Source of the DNA: Mobula hypostoma | Lineage: Eukaryota | Reading direction: 5' to 3' | Length of the DNA: 64,000 nucleotides | NCBI RefSeq assembly: GCF_963921235.1 | Contig: NC_086118.1 | Coordinates: 19,036,001-19,100,000 of the forward strand | In this document: positions 62,472 through 64,000 of the stretch, one piece after another | Position numbering within the stretch: the stretch's first letter is position 1 | Layout: the number at the start of each line of letters is the position of its first letter | The notes under the pieces: model-generated | The model's input: only the letters and a program-made list of their open reading frames with translations | What the model was told of the DNA's origin: nothing | Database searches by the model: none | Translations under genes and position numbers: made by a program

Positions 62472-63020
62472 ATTCAAAAACTTCAAAGTGAACTTGTTAT
62501 CAAAGTACATATATGTCACCATATACAGCTCTCAGATTCATTTTTTGTGGGCATTCACAGTGAATACAAGAAACCCAGTAGAATCAATGAAAGACTGCAG
62601 CCAATGGGATGGGCAAACTGAACAAATACAACAAAAGAAATAATGATAATACATAAGCAATAAATATTGAGAAGATGAGATGAAGAGTCCTTGAAAATGA
62701 CTCCATAAGTTGAAGGAAGATTTCGGTGATAGGGCGAGTGAAGGTATCAACTCTGATTCAACAGCCTGATGGTTGAATGACAACAACTGTTTCTGAACCT
62801 GGTGGTGTGGGACCTGAGGCTCGTATACGTTCTTCCTGATGGCAAGTGAGAAGAGAGCTTAGCCTGGGTGGTCTGCGGTCCTTGACGATGGATGTTGCTT
62901 TCCTGCAACAGCACTCTGTGGGAATGTGCTTAATGGTGGGTAGTGCTTTACCTATGATGGACTGGGCTGTATCCACTATTTTTTCGCAGGATTTTCCATT
63001 CAAGCGCTATTAGTGTTTCC
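62472..63020 (-). mobile_element. Rex1/Babar 3' fragment nested in Penelope
   Basis: VDTAQSIIGKALPTIKHI..ATSIVKD; matches 16945-17460. Confidence 0.75.
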
Positions 63021-63879
63021 ACCTTTGTATCTGTTGATGCCATCTATTGTATATGGTGTCCACAATATGGCTTCCTCTACATCAGTGAGACCCAACACAG
63101 ACTGACAACACCCTAGTCTTCCACAAAAGGCAGGATCTCCTGGTGGCCACCTGTTTCAGTTCAACTGCTCATTCCTATTCTCACATGTCTGCCATGACCT
63201 CCATTTTATTCCATCGAGATGGTTTCCAACCTGATGGCATGAACATTGATTATTCTAACTTACAGTAATATTTTCCCTCTCTCTCCTTTCTTTTTCCATT
63301 CCTCATTCTAGTTATCCTCTTTTCTCTTTCTTGCCCATCACCCCCCTTTGGTTCCTCTCCTACTTCTCTTCCTTCCATGGTCCACTGTCTTCTTCAATGG
63401 GATTCCTTCTGCTACTGCCCTTTACGTCTTCCACCTATCCTCTCTGAGCTTGATACATCATCCCCCACCTGAACCTACATTCCCCTTCACATGCTCCTCA
63501 CTATCATGTACTCCTTCACTCACCACCTTCTTATTCTGGTATCTACACCTTTCCTTTCTGGCCCTGATGAAAGGTCTCAACTCAAAACATTGACTGTTTT
63601 CCTCCTCTATAGATGCTGTCTGACCTACAGAAATTCACAGTAAGTCTGTCAAAATTTATGTCTGATATGAACATCATGTGTTGTTTGACAAAGCACCTGT
63701 GAAGTTCTTTTGCATATTTTACTATGTTGAAGGCAAGGTATCAAAGCACAAATATTTATGAGGTCATCCACAAAAAAATGTTAACTGTTTTTTTTCCACA
63801 GCCTCATTGAGTATTTCTAGCAGTCTGTGATTTATTTCAAGTAAATGTATGACGTTGTTTGTGATGTTTCTACAATATA

Positions 63880-64000
63880 TAAGGACAGGTTGCGCTTGAA
63901 TCCCAGGAGGACCAATGTCCTGGCAGGGAGGTTTGCTAAGGCTACTGGGGAGAGTTTAAACTAGAATTATTGAGGGGTGGGAACCGAACTGAAGAGACCA
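63880..64000 (+). mobile_element. CR1 ORF1 C-terminus, running off the window
   Basis: YKDRLRLNPRRTNVLAGRFAKATGESLN* parallels 3000-3090. Confidence 0.65.

Larger units (their letters stand above)
61950..63635 (+). mobile_element. Penelope-like element remnant with inverted 5' terminus and GIY-YIG endonuclease relic
   Basis: 63042-63104 translates as IYCIWCPQYGFLYISETQHRL (xIY..YIG-ET pattern with Cys spacer); terminal repeat at 63558-63630, inverted copy at 61950-62055. Confidence 0.75.

Noticed and set aside
1..64000. Prokaryotic-type system (operon, defence island, CRISPR-Cas)
   Set aside because: The sequence is repeat-rich vertebrate DNA, and all recognisable ORFs derive from transposons.

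Overview
AT-rich vertebrate nuclear DNA with no recognisable host protein-coding exon. The repeat repertoire (CR1 and Rex1/Babar LINEs, V-SINE- and DeuSINE-like SINEs, Penelope-like elements) suggests a cartilaginous fish, probably a ray; this is an inference from recalled repeat families, not a database result. Roughly half or more of the window is transposon debris, often nested several levels deep. It contains CR1, Rex1/Babar and RTE LINE fragments, a deleted Gypsy LTR element, two related solo LTRs with 4-bp TSDs, a decayed DD34E Tc1 transposon, a Tigger-like MITE, tRNA-SINEs and Penelope (GIY-YIG) derivatives. The only long ORFs are retroelement RT fragments (CR1 47975-49255, RTE 32234-33229). 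I found no new protein-coding system. The most interesting signals are RNA-level or mechanistic: (1) repeated, CpG-decayed minimal hammerhead-ribozyme cores in the Penelope termini, including fold-back mini-insertions with TSDs; (2) a three-copy, roughly 620-670 bp non-autonomous retroposon with a YY1-motif head and no tRNA promoter; (3) a 40-bp locally templated inversion at an RTE 5' junction; (4) a solo LTR with a TATA box and consensus splice donor; (5) candidate minus-strand non-coding exons and CNE-like islands. Repeat boundaries without a TSD are approximate (+/- tens of bp).
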